Positions 1-10,631 of a DNA stretch of 64,000 nucleotides are shown here, in pieces. The notes under the pieces were generated by a model. The model was given only the letters and a program-made list of their open reading frames with translations. It was not told the DNA's origin and made no database searches. The position numbers were made by a program, and so were the translations under genes. The stretch comes from a virus (lineage: Duplodnaviria; Heunggongvirae; Uroviricota; Caudoviricetes). Position 1 is the first letter of the stretch; every line of letters begins with the position of its first letter. The DNA lies in IMG/VR virus record IMGVR_UViG_3300017987_000047. One strand, written 5' to 3'.

Positions 1-330
1 AAGAACCCTAGACTCCGAGAAAAATAATTCTTGATGTCTTTTAACCCTTCTTAACATCCTTTCCTTATTTTCGATTACATTTTCATGCCTAAAAATTAAT
101 CCAGGGTATTGGGAATTTTTAAGAACTAGTCCCCTACGGTATTTATTTGTCTTATCTACTACGGGGTCTAAAAAATTCTCAAAATTAGTTTCAAATAATT
201 TTATTACGGAATCAAACTTTGCAGTAATTAACCAATCAAGCGGAAAGGCCTGTTTCCTTATTTGTTTCCTTTGTAATTGAAAAGCTGGAGTGCATCGCCA
301 CCCCAAACTAATAATTGCTTCAAATTCCAT
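1..330 (-). CDS. DUF1796-like putative papain-like peptidase (partial, runs off window)
   Basis: Manual translation MEFEAIISLGWRCTPAFQLQ...AFPLDW...RMLRRVKR; the ISLGxxC..PxDW signature is typical of this family; not in ORF track. Confidence 0.7.
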   Translation of the reverse strand, partial: MEFEAIISLGWRCTPAFQLQRKQIRKQAFPLDWLITAKFDSVIKLFETNFENFLDPVVDKTNKYRRGLVLKNSQYPGLIFRHENVIENKERMLRRVKRHQELFFSESRVL

Positions 331-1444
331 TTAAAAACCCTATGAGGTGATCGCAAATTTGAATAACTACTTCGTTAGACAACGTAGGATATATAGGGAG
401 ACATAAAACGGAATTACAAACTTTATCGGTATTCGGTAGGTTGTAAGACCTTTTAGAATATGGCTTCATCTTATGGCATCCCGGATAAAAGTATCTACGT
501 ACCATTATATTGTTTTCCCTTAAATAATCATAAAGTTGGTTTCTTACCTGGGGATCAACTAAAATTGGCAAATAATGATGGTTCGATTTTAGGGTATTAA
601 TTTTTTCTAAAAATTTAACTCGCGGCGAGTCTTTTAATTTTTTAAAGTAAAGGTTGGAAATATTCTGATTTTTTAAAATTCGTTCTTCATGCCCCTCCAA
701 GGAAACTAATCCAAACGCTGCAGAAACTTCGTTTAATTTTGCGTTTATCCCGATACCATCGACTTCATCTACCCCAGAAAAACCAAAATTTCGACTTTTT
801 CTCAAGCGTGCTGCTAAACTACTATTCCTTGTTGTTACTAGACCCCCTTCAAAGGTAGAAAAAGATTTAGTTGCGTGGAAGCTAAAAATTTCAGCATCTC
901 CAAAAGAGCCGTAAGGTTTTCCATAAACATCGCACCCAAAACAATGTGCGGAGTCATAAAGAACTGGGACTCCCAGCTTTTCTAAAGCCTTAAAGTTGCA
1001 AGGCCTCCCATAAACATTAACCCCTATAACACATAAAGTTTTATTATCTACTAGTTTTTCAACTTCAGAATTTAAGGTCAGCGTTTTCGGGTTAATGTCG
1101 CAAAACTTCGTTTTTAACCCGAGGGCGGAAATAGCATGGGCAGTGGCAATAAATGTAAAGGCAGGAAGAATCACTTCGGTCTTTGTTTTATCCTTTATTT
1201 TTAATTCCTGTAGGGCCAGCATTAGCCCAGTTGTCCCGTTGTTAACCAGTATTGCGTGGGGAACTTTTAACTTTTTTTCTAGTTCTTCTTCTAACTGTTG
1301 AGCCAAAGGCCCTTGATTCGTTAAAATAGCAGTACTATAGATTTCCTTTATTTTTTCAATAAAAGAATCCAACGGTGGAAGATAAGGTTTCGTATTATAA
1401 ATTTTTTTTTCTAGCATCCTAGGCTTTTCTATTTTTATAGGCAT
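320..1444 (-). CDS. DegT/DnrJ/EryC1/StrS PLP sugar aminotransferase (VioA-like); alternative start 1417
   Basis: NGTxxL, YDSAHCFG, FSFHATK (PLP Lys), EGG, GINAKLNE, LCLPIYP. Confidence 0.92.
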   Translation of the reverse strand: MPIKIEKPRMLEKKIYNTKPYLPPLDSFIEKIKEIYSTAILTNQGPLAQQLEEELEKKLKVPHAILVNNGTTGLMLALQELKIKDKTKTEVILPAFTFIATAHAISALGLKTKFCDINPKTLTLNSEVEKLVDNKTLCVIGVNVYGRPCNFKALEKLGVPVLYDSAHCFGCDVYGKPYGSFGDAEIFSFHATKSFSTFEGGLVTTRNSSLAARLRKSRNFGFSGVDEVDGIGINAKLNEVSAAFGLVSLEGHEERILKNQNISNLYFKKLKDSPRVKFLEKINTLKSNHHYLPILVDPQVRNQLYDYLRENNIMVRRYFYPGCHKMKPYSKRSYNLPNTDKVCNSVLCLPIYPTLSNEVVIQICDHLIGFLNGI

Positions 1445-2117
1445 CCCGAAACCTTGGGTCTCGTAACCTCTCTTGAGCTTTTATTGTTTTCTTAAAAACT
1501 AAGGGTTCCGGATGAAAATAACCTTTAATATTTTTTTCCTTTAATCTGTTTAGAAAATTCCGGTCTGCGGAAGATTTTTCATAACAGTTCATATTATACC
1601 GCATTTGACCAAGCTTATTAGAACGATAAAAATAGGTTGAATGTGGAAGCCTTAACTGCCAAATAGATTTTCCAGGCCCTCCTTTTGGAAAAATTTCTCC
1701 AGAGGCTAGCTTGGACTGGGCAGCTAAGAAATCAGCTTCCTTTTGTTGAATCATTTTTAAACTAATTTCTATCCTATCCTCCTTTGAAATTTCGTCGTCA
1801 TCTTGGTGGGCAATATAGTCGCCTTTAGCTAGGTCTAGCCCTCTATTTACTGGGGGAGTCCCCGCAATTCTTTTAAATTGATGTTCCGTTAACTCCTTTG
1901 GATAGCTCCGAGTTTGTAGATTTTCAAAATAAACTCTAGGGTCCTGGGCGCAAACTTCTTTCATTTCTTCTTCTGTTGAATCAAAGCAACAATCGCCAAT
2001 CACAATAATTTGTAAATTTTTATAAGTTTGATTTTGAATGCTTCTTAGGCATTCCTTGACTAAAAAATTAACATTGTTATATGTTGCTACTATTATAGAG
2101 ATTAGGGGCTGTTCCAT
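1419..2117 (-). CDS. GT2 glycosyltransferase
   Basis: ISIIVATYN, IIVIGD, NRGLDLAKGDYIAHQDDD. Confidence 0.88.
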   Translation of the reverse strand: MEQPLISIIVATYNNVNFLVKECLRSIQNQTYKNLQIIVIGDCCFDSTEEEMKEVCAQDPRVYFENLQTRSYPKELTEHQFKRIAGTPPVNRGLDLAKGDYIAHQDDDEISKEDRIEISLKMIQQKEADFLAAQSKLASGEIFPKGGPGKSIWQLRLPHSTYFYRSNKLGQMRYNMNCYEKSSADRNFLNRLKEKNIKGYFHPEPLVFKKTIKAQERLRDPRFRDAYKNRKA

Positions 2118-2157
2118 TTTTATAGTTTCTGTTTGATCCTTTAATATACCTAAAAGA

Positions 2158-3621
2158 TTAATAGTTATTTAGAAATTGCCCAGCGAAATTATACCATTTT
2201 TGCTTAAAATGAGACTTTTTTCTATTTCCCCCCCGACCAAAATGATACCAAAAAGGATCTTTATTAAAAAAGTACTCAGCGCATTTAATTCCCTTAAAGA
2301 TTTGAGTTGGTTCCCTAAATTCGATATGCAAAATAGGATCTCTTCGTAGCTTAACAGAGAGTTTCCCGGCGGTATCGATATTATCCTTAAAACTTGGGCG
2401 GTAATCAATGTTGTTTTGTAAATCCTCAGTTTTCCCAAAAATAAAATTGGCATGAAGCATTTTAGTATTAAATTCTTTATCTGTCCTAAATGCCCTAGCC
2501 CCAATTAAACGGTATTTTGCCATTAATCCTTTGAGTTCAACATCCCAATATTTTTTACAAATAAAGCAATCTGCATCAATAATCAACGTGTATTCCGATT
2601 CTACTAATGAAACGATTTTATTTAAAACTGATCCGTGGTGGGCAGACCCTGAGGTTGCGTTGATATTAGTGTTTATTATTTTGGCATTCTCTAATTGAAT
2701 TTTTTCCGAAACTCTACTTGCTACGATAAACTGAAAAGGATCTTTTGCTGTTTTAATTAATGACTTTTCCAACAATTGCATAAACCGGGCAGTATTAAAA
2801 TTTGAGGATACTACGGTTATTTGGTTATCATTTTTTCTATTTGGGTTTGGTGTCGCTGCGTTTTTAGTTGCCTCGAAAACGGTTTGCGGAGATTCTTTAT
2901 TAGGACGTGGTTGAGGCTTTGGGCGGGCCCGCCGAGGCCGGGTCCTCTGCTTTGGCTGGAGCCTTTTCTTCTCTTGCCGCTTTCCCTTTGAGAATTCTAT
3001 TAAATATTTAGTATTAAGACCTTCTCCTAAGTATTGGAAGGTATTCCCTGCCAAATGTGCTATTTTTCCACAGGTTGCTATTAGGCTATGATTACCAATT
3101 CGAACATTACCGGATGCCCAGTTAATTTCAAATTCACCTTTAATAGCTTCTAATACCCTCCGGGGAACCCCAAAAAAGGAACCCCGCACTGTTAAATGTG
3201 AAAAGTCCTTCGGGGGCTTCCAACTAGAGTGGCTATAGCATTGTGGGTGGGTTTTTGTCCAATCTTGTTTTCCCCCTGCGTTCCTTGAGTTTCCAATAAC
3301 ATTTGCACCCGTTTTTCTCAGGGTTTGTTTGCTTTGCTTGATGATATCAAAATCTTTTATTTGAATATCGTCGTGCATAAAAAAACAAAAGTTTTGGCTT
3401 TTCCAAAACTCATAATCTAGCCATTGCTGATATGCTCCCCAGTCCCAACCTTTATTTTCCTTTTCAAAGACCTTAAACCCTAATTTTTCTACTTCGAGCT
3501 TAAAAGATAGATCTTTTTTATGCATAATAACATAAAAAGAATCGACTCCTGTTAATTTTTTAATTTGCTTGTAGGTCTCTAGGTTTAAGTACCATCCTAC
3601 AATACAGAGGCTTGTTGCCAT
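2158..3621 (-). CDS. Two-domain GT-A-like glycosyltransferase with Pro/Arg-rich linker
   Basis: N-domain ENKGWDWGAY and FMHDD; C-domain LIIDADCF; PRRARPKPQP linker. Confidence 0.65.
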   Translation of the reverse strand: MATSLCIVGWYLNLETYKQIKKLTGVDSFYVIMHKKDLSFKLEVEKLGFKVFEKENKGWDWGAYQQWLDYEFWKSQNFCFFMHDDIQIKDFDIIKQSKQTLRKTGANVIGNSRNAGGKQDWTKTHPQCYSHSSWKPPKDFSHLTVRGSFFGVPRRVLEAIKGEFEINWASGNVRIGNHSLIATCGKIAHLAGNTFQYLGEGLNTKYLIEFSKGKRQEKKRLQPKQRTRPRRARPKPQPRPNKESPQTVFEATKNAATPNPNRKNDNQITVVSSNFNTARFMQLLEKSLIKTAKDPFQFIVASRVSEKIQLENAKIINTNINATSGSAHHGSVLNKIVSLVESEYTLIIDADCFICKKYWDVELKGLMAKYRLIGARAFRTDKEFNTKMLHANFIFGKTEDLQNNIDYRPSFKDNIDTAGKLSVKLRRDPILHIEFREPTQIFKGIKCAEYFFNKDPFWYHFGRGGNRKKSHFKQKWYNFAGQFLNNY

Positions 3622-4655
3622 TAAATTAAGCTCTGGTAGATATTATCGTATTGTTGTGAACACATTTCTATATTAAATTTTGTTTCAATAGTCTCTCTTC
3701 CGCTCTGTCCTAATTTAATCCTAACGTCCTTATTAAAATATAGATATTTTATTGCGGCTACCAAAGCGTTTAAGTCATCATTAGCAATTAAAATTCCATT
3801 TTTACTATTAACCAATTCGGAAACCTGGTCTATGTCAGTGGCAATAACTGGTTTAGAGCAGACCATGCTTTCCATTAATGAATTGGGAATCCCTTCGTTA
3901 TTAGGGCGAGAAACACAAGTCCCAATATCAAATCTTTTAGTATAGGGGATAATGTTTTGTTTATACCCTAAAAATTGGATATACTTTTCATACCCCTTCG
4001 CGGCTGTTTGTAGCTTTGGTAAGTTTTTAGGGGCAGATGGTAAGACAGAATCCCCACCAATTAAGCAAAGTCTAATATCCTCGAATTCCTTCACAAGAAT
4101 TTTGATGGCTTCGATTAGTAGAATTAAATTTTTTCCCCAACCAAACCGAGAAGACCTCCCTATAACAAACTCATTCCCAGTGTAGACTTCATCTGTTTTT
4201 TGCTCTTTATCTATCTCTTCGAGGTTAATCCCATTATAAATAAGGTGGATAGGCAAGTTGGGGGGTGCTGCTTTTTTAATAATCGGAATAGTCCCTTGCG
4301 CAGACGCAATAACTAATTTCAATTTATCCTTTTTAAGCCTTCCACAAGACCGCGTTCCGTCTGTTCTTTCTATAATGTTTTTAACCCCCGCTTTAACAGC
4401 AGCATCTATTTGAGCTTGTTCGTTATGTACCTGAAAGATATCAGGTTTTATTTTTTTTAATAAGGGCTCTAATTTGTCTTGGGGGCAATAAAGTGCCGTG
4501 CCAATTTCCTTAAAATGTGGTTGGATTTCTGGGCTTGCTGTGGCTATAAAGTAGAATTCATATTTACCTTTCAAGCGGTTTGCAATATTTTTTAGGAAGG
4601 TTTCTATCCCCCCAATGTGAAAATCAAACAGACCAAGAGCAATTTTAGGTTTCAT
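3621..4655 (-). CDS. GT4 glycosyltransferase
   Basis: GGIE, IYNGI, EGIPNSLMES (Ex7E), KPVIATD. Confidence 0.9.
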   Translation of the reverse strand: MKPKIALGLFDFHIGGIETFLKNIANRLKGKYEFYFIATASPEIQPHFKEIGTALYCPQDKLEPLLKKIKPDIFQVHNEQAQIDAAVKAGVKNIIERTDGTRSCGRLKKDKLKLVIASAQGTIPIIKKAAPPNLPIHLIYNGINLEEIDKEQKTDEVYTGNEFVIGRSSRFGWGKNLILLIEAIKILVKEFEDIRLCLIGGDSVLPSAPKNLPKLQTAAKGYEKYIQFLGYKQNIIPYTKRFDIGTCVSRPNNEGIPNSLMESMVCSKPVIATDIDQVSELVNSKNGILIANDDLNALVAAIKYLYFNKDVRIKLGQSGRETIETKFNIEMCSQQYDNIYQSLI

Positions 4656-4656
4656 T

Positions 4657-5187
4657 TTATTTCTCTGCTATAACTTTATAACATAAAGGGGCTTTTTTAT
4701 CCCCAAGAGGTTGAATATCAATTTTACTAAAGTCCTCTAGGAGTAATCGTAAACCATGTTCCGTGAATCTCCAATAGTCATAAAACCCTTTTTCTCCATT
4801 AGCATGAATCCAAAAATTAAAAGGGACAGTTAAAGCTAAGAACCCGCCTGGTTTTAGGATAGAAAAGAGACTCTGCGTTGCCTTAAATGGGTTTTTTACG
4901 TGCTCAAGAACATCAAAACAAGTTAAGACATCAAATTCTTCCGAATATAATTCTTTTAGATTTTCAACCCCTGAAACAATATCAATTAGAGGGTCTTGGA
5001 AAACGTCAGAAGTAATGTATTTGCAAACTGGCTTAAATTGTTTTCGAGGGTATTCCCAGGTCCCAGCCCCAACATCTAAAACTTTTTTGCCAGAAACTTT
5101 TTGGATCAATGAATCAATAAATTCCATTATAGCTTTTCTGTTTAAGGTGACTCTGTATCCCTTAAAAGTGACTCTATTTGGCTCCAT
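4657..5187 (-). CDS. Class I SAM methyltransferase
   Basis: VLDVGAG, DVLEHV, LKPGG, DYWRFT. Confidence 0.88.
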   Translation of the reverse strand: MEPNRVTFKGYRVTLNRKAIMEFIDSLIQKVSGKKVLDVGAGTWEYPRKQFKPVCKYITSDVFQDPLIDIVSGVENLKELYSEEFDVLTCFDVLEHVKNPFKATQSLFSILKPGGFLALTVPFNFWIHANGEKGFYDYWRFTEHGLRLLLEDFSKIDIQPLGDKKAPLCYKVIAEK

Positions 5188-6109
5188 TAAATAATATCCT
5201 TAAATATGTTTTTTCGTACTGGTCTATCATATAGTTTAAGTTAAATTTTTTATTCGGCTTTGGTTCTATTTTTTTATTTCTAACCTTCGCTATTTTTTTA
5301 ACGAAATCCTCTATATCGTTATATTTTGCTAAATACCCATTTCCTTTTTCTATGATTTCGGGCAAGCCGCCACAATTATTAGCAACAACGGGAATCCCAC
5401 AAAGGATAGCTTCAAGGGCCATTAAGCCAAAACCTTCATATTTGCTAGGGACAATCAAACAGGAGCATTTATGTAAATAGTATGGGACTTCTTCCCTTTT
5501 TACAAATCCTGTTATTTCTCCTTTTCCAGAAATTCTTTGTTTAACTTCTTCTTCAAGTTTTGGGTCGACTGCATTCCCACCAATCATTAACAATTGATGT
5601 TGAAATGGGAGGGCTTCACTTATATCTAAAAAAAGTAATGGGTTTTTTGCGGGATGAAGGCGGCCTAAGAATCCCAGTGTGAATATTTTAGGGGCTACCG
5701 CTTGTTTTGGAAACGCTGAAAAATCAACCCCATTGTAAATTAAGCGAGAAGGGCGATTAATTAATTGTTGTAGGTATTTTGAAATACAAACAGTTGTTGT
5801 GATATTGCTGTGATTTTTTGCTATAGACCAACCATAGGGGGAATGAATTGTTTCTACAATAGGTTTCGAGTATTCGTATTGTGTTTGGTACCCATCAACT
5901 TGAACAATATCACAATGCAGATTTAAGCCCTCTGGGGTTTGGCGGGGGATCCCTTTTAATTGCTTTAATAGGATTTCGTGGTCTAGCTTTGAGTTTCTAA
6001 CAGTATAATAGACCTTATACCCTTTAGAGGCGAGCCCTAAAAGAAGGTCTGCCTGCTGGGTTTGAGCTCCACCAACTGCCAAATCTGTAAAATCAAAACC
6101 TATTTTCAT
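5174..6109 (-). CDS. GT4 glycosyltransferase
   Basis: GGAQ, IYNGVD, GRLHPAK, EGFGLMALEA. Confidence 0.9.
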   Translation of the reverse strand: MKIGFDFTDLAVGGAQTQQADLLLGLASKGYKVYYTVRNSKLDHEILLKQLKGIPRQTPEGLNLHCDIVQVDGYQTQYEYSKPIVETIHSPYGWSIAKNHSNITTTVCISKYLQQLINRPSRLIYNGVDFSAFPKQAVAPKIFTLGFLGRLHPAKNPLLFLDISEALPFQHQLLMIGGNAVDPKLEEEVKQRISGKGEITGFVKREEVPYYLHKCSCLIVPSKYEGFGLMALEAILCGIPVVANNCGGLPEIIEKGNGYLAKYNDIEDFVKKIAKVRNKKIEPKPNKKFNLNYMIDQYEKTYLRILFNGAK

Positions 6110-7092
6110 TTTTTCTTCGGAAATAACGCCCGCATATAAAATCTAATCATTCTCTCAACGCTAAGATTCTCTTCTGCCGTTTTTCTAGCTTTCTTTTTAT
6201 AGCGATCTAGATCTTCTATAATTTCCAGCACAGCTGACACGCTTCGCGATATAAATTCCTCGGAATATTCCCAATTATTTTGCTCTGAACATGCTTTTCC
6301 ACCGATATTAGTTAATTCCCGGGTGCCTCCCCAGGATGATACAACACAGGGCAAACCACAAGCCAAAGCTTCTGCCACAGCGTTAGGGCATACATCTCCG
6401 GACCTGGCATGAATGAGAATGTCGTGGGATTGATAAATTTTAGGAAGATCTTTATTTTTTATATGCCCTCTACATTTTATAAACTTCCCTTTTTCTTTTT
6501 GTAAATATTTTGAACAAGTCGGATCCGCATTTCCAACAAAGGTAATTGTTACATTATCATACTTCTCACGAACAAGTTTCGCAATCTTTGTTGGAATATC
6601 TACTGAATGCAAGTACCTTAAATTTCCAACAACCAAAAGTCTAAGTCCTTCCCAATCTTTTTTTCTAGGCTTAAAACGAGTTAAATCAACCCCATTATGG
6701 ATAATAGAATAGTCATTATCTCTTTTTACCAAATACTGGTCGTACATTTGCTTCGCCCAATGGCTTTGGTAAATAAAATGGTCGTATTGTGGGATTTCGC
6801 GGGTAAGCTCTTCGTTATGTGCTAATTTATCTGGGGTCATGACACGGCCCTTTGTGCCATTCCAATAATCAGGGATATAGAATCCGCTAGTTCTTCCAAC
6901 CACTCGAATTCCTTGCTCTTTTAATTTTGGAATTAGGCCTTGGGAGGAGATTAAAAGAAGGGCCGAATCGCATCCTTTGTAATTATCGAATTGAATTTCA
7001 ACGCCTTCTTTTTTTATGGCCGTTATAAATTTTTCAACGAAAACGCCAGGCCCACCGCTGTTATCTGGTTTTCTATTCACAAAAAGTTTCAT
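6106..7092 (-). CDS. GT4 glycosyltransferase
   Basis: IHNGVD, DVCPNAVAEALACGLP. Confidence 0.9.
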   Translation of the reverse strand: MKLFVNRKPDNSGGPGVFVEKFITAIKKEGVEIQFDNYKGCDSALLLISSQGLIPKLKEQGIRVVGRTSGFYIPDYWNGTKGRVMTPDKLAHNEELTREIPQYDHFIYQSHWAKQMYDQYLVKRDNDYSIIHNGVDLTRFKPRKKDWEGLRLLVVGNLRYLHSVDIPTKIAKLVREKYDNVTITFVGNADPTCSKYLQKEKGKFIKCRGHIKNKDLPKIYQSHDILIHARSGDVCPNAVAEALACGLPCVVSSWGGTRELTNIGGKACSEQNNWEYSEEFISRSVSAVLEIIEDLDRYKKKARKTAEENLSVERMIRFYMRALFPKKK

Positions 7093-7183
7093 TTTTTCTC
7101 CAAAAACTTTTAATAATTATTATATATGGTACCAACTTTCCGTTATAAATATATAATACTAATTCGACTGAAAGGGCTCGGTC

Positions 7184-7906
7184 ATGAAGATTTTTCTAAA
7201 AGTTCTATTAATAGTTTTTTGCTCTCTCCTATACTTCTCCTGTTCTAGTATAGAAGAGAACGAAGCATATGCTCTCGGTTTTGCAGCAGGAGAGGGGGCA
7301 GGAGAAGAAACAGGATATGATAGAGGGGTTACAGAAGGATATGAAGATGGGGAGATCCGGGGATACCTAGAAGGGTACGAAGATGGGGAGATCCGCGGTT
7401 CAGAGAATGGCTTTAACCTAGGACAAGTTTCTGGAAGGGAAGAAGGGTTAGTAGAGGGCTACCGTTTTGGGCTTTTGGAAGGAAGACGCAGTAGTGCCGA
7501 CGACCTATTAGGCAATCCCTTTTTAGAAGAATTATTTCATGAAAGATACTTTCGAAAAGTAGAATTTTATGATATTAGAATTGAGTTACCTTACAGAGGG
7601 GAACTTCTTTTGATGCCAGGAGCAGAATTTAGGCTTTTCTTTACTAACACAATAGAGGATAATTTTATTCGTTTCGAGGTAACTTCCCTTACAGAAAGCT
7701 TAGAAATCGACCCAGTAGTGGTCCTTAACCAGGTGGTTTCTAGGAATTCTATGTGGCAGATGCATTACTGTGACGACGAAGATAGTGGAACAAAGGACCC
7801 TGCCTTTAGCCTGGCCCTAGACCCAGGGGCATATATCGCTATTATTCTTGGTTATGAGCATAGGTACGTAGGACGAATCGGCGTTCAAATTTACCCAATA
7901 TATTAA
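7184..7906 (+). CDS. Putative lipoprotein with GxxxG (FliH/Yae1-like) helical repeat and C-terminal beta domain
   Basis: Basic-hydrophobic N-terminus ending in YFSC; repeated EGYEDG. Confidence 0.55.
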   Translation: MKIFLKVLLIVFCSLLYFSCSSIEENEAYALGFAAGEGAGEETGYDRGVTEGYEDGEIRGYLEGYEDGEIRGSENGFNLGQVSGREEGLVEGYRFGLLEGRRSSADDLLGNPFLEELFHERYFRKVEFYDIRIELPYRGELLLMPGAEFRLFFTNTIEDNFIRFEVTSLTESLEIDPVVVLNQVVSRNSMWQMHYCDDEDSGTKDPAFSLALDPGAYIAIILGYEHRYVGRIGVQIYPIY

Positions 7907-7916
7907 GAATAAATCC

Positions 7917-10232
7917 TTAAATTATCCACCAATTAGTTCCATCAGACTGAACCCGGACAGGGTCGGGGTAGTTGATTGCTTTCGTGTTTGCGTTATCAAT
8001 CATTGCTGAGTCCAAAGTCGCAAGCGTGGTGGAACTTCCCCCTTGTCCGATATGTTTGACTGTAAAGACCTTGCCGATCGGATATGTTTCAATATTATTT
8101 AGGGTTACTTGGACTGCCCCGCTGCAAGTTATAGTATCGTCCGTTGGGAGCAACATATAGTCCGTTGTTTTGTGAGCAATATTGAGGGTAATTCCAAAGA
8201 TAACAGCACTCCCACTGCTAACAATAACTTTATGGTCTTCTTCGCTGTCATCTGTCCAATATAGAGCATTATCTTTATTCGAATTTGCCCAAACCGTAAG
8301 ATCTGTTGCGGATGCTTGTGCTTCAAGCTGAAGTCCTGTTCCCAAGATGCCGCCTAATGCTTGAAGACCTCCGGAAACAAGAAGTTTGCTATTAAAAATA
8401 AATCTACTGTTGTCTGTTTCATACCAAAGAGCTTGGGCATCTGAAATTCCACCATCGGTAAGGGAGACAGGTGTTAAAATCAAAGCCGTTGGGTCGATCA
8501 CCCCATCAACAGTTAATTTCCCAGGAACGTAAACTTCCCCAGCATCTATTAATGATAAGATTAGGGTTGATCCCGCTACGAAGTTGGTAGCAGTATCTGT
8601 GCTATATATACCTCTTGTAGGGTCTGCAATTCGAAGTGCCGGTACGTCAAGCGTTCCTTGCCCGTTGATAAGAATCCCATTGCTATCTACTTGCAGTTTT
8701 TTAACGGCATTAATGGAAGTATTTACTTGGGCGCTAGTTAAAGAAAGACCGGTTGTTGACCCATAAAGATAAATAGATGGGTTCGCTGTACTCCCCCCAA
8801 TTATATCTAACCCAGTGCTTGTGACTCCTGCTACTCTGCTACCTGCTGCAGCGAAAGCGGTTCCCGAAGCACCTGGGAAATAAATTCCATAATTCTTAAC
8901 TTCTCCTGGGGTAATTGCACAATCTGCAGCAGACCCGGTAATCCCGAAGATAATATTTCCATTAGCAAAAATTCCTTCTCCGGTTAGGTTGGATAGTAGC
9001 TTAACAACCTCTACCCCATTCGACCCAACGCTGATTCCGCCATCAACTCCAGCGTAAATCCCAGAATTACTGAAATTACCAAACCCATAGGTTGGCTCTG
9101 CTGCTGACCCATTTTGCGCAGCCAAAATTTTATTAACATTTACTTTATTATCTGTATCAACCCAAATTGCGGTGGGGTCGCCAGAAGTAGGATCGCTGGC
9201 TTGTGGGGTTAAAATTAAAGCTGTCGGGTCGATCGCTCCATCAACAGTAAGCTTACCAGGAATATAAACTCCCCCTCCACTAATATAGAAAGTTGGGGAT
9301 CCGGGGGCATTAGGGGTAAATGTGAAAAATGGAGAGGGGGTTATAAAACTCCCAGTGCCTGAAGTAGATATGGTTAATTTTCGTAGCACTGGATCTGTCG
9401 TGATAGTCATTCCCGCGCCAGCTTCAACCTCAAGGGAGGTTTCTCCACTAGCAACAATATCTGCTTGCCCAGCAACAACTACAGCATTAAACGCGTCCGG
9501 AGTATAGTTTAAGGAGATTTCTGCTTTCTTTACCGATGGGTTTGCAACGCTAAAATTAGAACCAAATTCTAATATATTTATATCATTATAGGTGCCACTT
9601 CCAATTACAGTAAAGCTTGGCTGAACAACCAATCCGGTGATAGAATTAGCACTGAAATTAATTATATCTGCGCTAAAATTAAGGGACGCAGAAGTTGTTA
9701 ATGTTGTTGTCCCGTCTGGGGCAAACAATAAGTATTGTGAATCATACTTCTTTAAGGTCGTGTAGTTCCCCAGAATAAGTTCATCTTCTCCTAATTTATT
9801 TGATAACGTTGTTTGGTTGTTTGTTGAGTTGAGATCCAGAATAGGACCAGAGCCATTATAAAGACGAAGGCTAGCTCGCCCAGTTTCAAAAATTAATTGA
9901 GAAGTATTATCGTGGGATAAAATAGTATAATCGTTAATTAAGAATAAGCCATTTAAGGTAAATCTATTTTTATAAAATGCCACGTAATCGTCTGCTAGAT
10001 TCCAACCCACTGTGGAGGAATGCCTGGCATAAATTGAATTTACCCCGGCAAATATTTTAGGGGAATCCGATTCTAATAAAGTGATATCATCGGCCCCGAA
10101 AGAAATACCCACATCCCCAAACCCCAATACCAGGCCGGTTTGGTCGACGTTTACCGCAGAATTTGAAGTTTCGAGTGTTTCAGCACTATGAACAATTATT
10201 CCATTAGTTGTTGTTGTGATACTACCAGACAT
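7917..10232 (-). CDS. Gly/Ser/Thr-rich virion fibre-like structural protein
   Basis: 771 aa, beta-rich; duplicated motif VY[IV]PGKLTVDG[AV]IDPTALILTP; C-terminal ...QSDGTNWWII typical of fibre modules. Confidence 0.65.
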   Translation of the reverse strand: MSGSITTTTNGIIVHSAETLETSNSAVNVDQTGLVLGFGDVGISFGADDITLLESDSPKIFAGVNSIYARHSSTVGWNLADDYVAFYKNRFTLNGLFLINDYTILSHDNTSQLIFETGRASLRLYNGSGPILDLNSTNNQTTLSNKLGEDELILGNYTTLKKYDSQYLLFAPDGTTTLTTSASLNFSADIINFSANSITGLVVQPSFTVIGSGTYNDINILEFGSNFSVANPSVKKAEISLNYTPDAFNAVVVAGQADIVASGETSLEVEAGAGMTITTDPVLRKLTISTSGTGSFITPSPFFTFTPNAPGSPTFYISGGGVYIPGKLTVDGAIDPTALILTPQASDPTSGDPTAIWVDTDNKVNVNKILAAQNGSAAEPTYGFGNFSNSGIYAGVDGGISVGSNGVEVVKLLSNLTGEGIFANGNIIFGITGSAADCAITPGEVKNYGIYFPGASGTAFAAAGSRVAGVTSTGLDIIGGSTANPSIYLYGSTTGLSLTSAQVNTSINAVKKLQVDSNGILINGQGTLDVPALRIADPTRGIYSTDTATNFVAGSTLILSLIDAGEVYVPGKLTVDGVIDPTALILTPVSLTDGGISDAQALWYETDNSRFIFNSKLLVSGGLQALGGILGTGLQLEAQASATDLTVWANSNKDNALYWTDDSEEDHKVIVSSGSAVIFGITLNIAHKTTDYMLLPTDDTITCSGAVQVTLNNIETYPIGKVFTVKHIGQGGSSTTLATLDSAMIDNANTKAINYPDPVRVQSDGTNWWII

Positions 10233-10300
10233 TTTTTGGTCCTTAAAACAGATTTTATGTTTTAATTAGAAACGTTTGAATAATTGATTATTAGGATCTG

Positions 10301-10314
10301 TATAAGGATTAAAC
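10301..10314 (+). promoter_or_regulatory. Recurrent upstream motif TATAAGGATTAAAC
   Basis: Identical 14-mer at 12586-12599; each copy lies upstream of a separate SD. Confidence 0.45.
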
Positions 10315-10332
10315 TAAACAAGGAGAACCACT

Positions 10333-10629
10333 ATGTACGACGACAGACGTGACCGCTACGAAACAAGACAAGATGGGAGAGAAGGTAGAGACGGGTCAGC
10401 TACTGCCCAAGCTAAGAAATTTAAGCCTCGCCGCGCAGTCCAAAATAAGAGTACTCCTAATTTTTGGGATTACTTTGAGAAAAAAGGGCGGCATTGGTGT
10501 TGGGTGGCTAGTGTGAAAAAGGAAGACCTAGATAGGGAAAGAGGTATTGAATTTATTCCTTTGCAGGGTTCTCAACCTCCTGCTCCCCCAGCTCCCCGAA
10601 GGCAGCAGGGGAGAAGGCCTAGAAGATAA
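10333..10629 (+). CDS. Hypothetical basic protein
   Basis: ORF with strong SD AAGGAGA. Confidence 0.65.
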   Translation: MYDDRRDRYETRQDGREGRDGSATAQAKKFKPRRAVQNKSTPNFWDYFEKKGRHWCWVASVKKEDLDRERGIEFIPLQGSQPPAPPAPRRQQGRRPRR

Positions 10630-10631
10630 TT

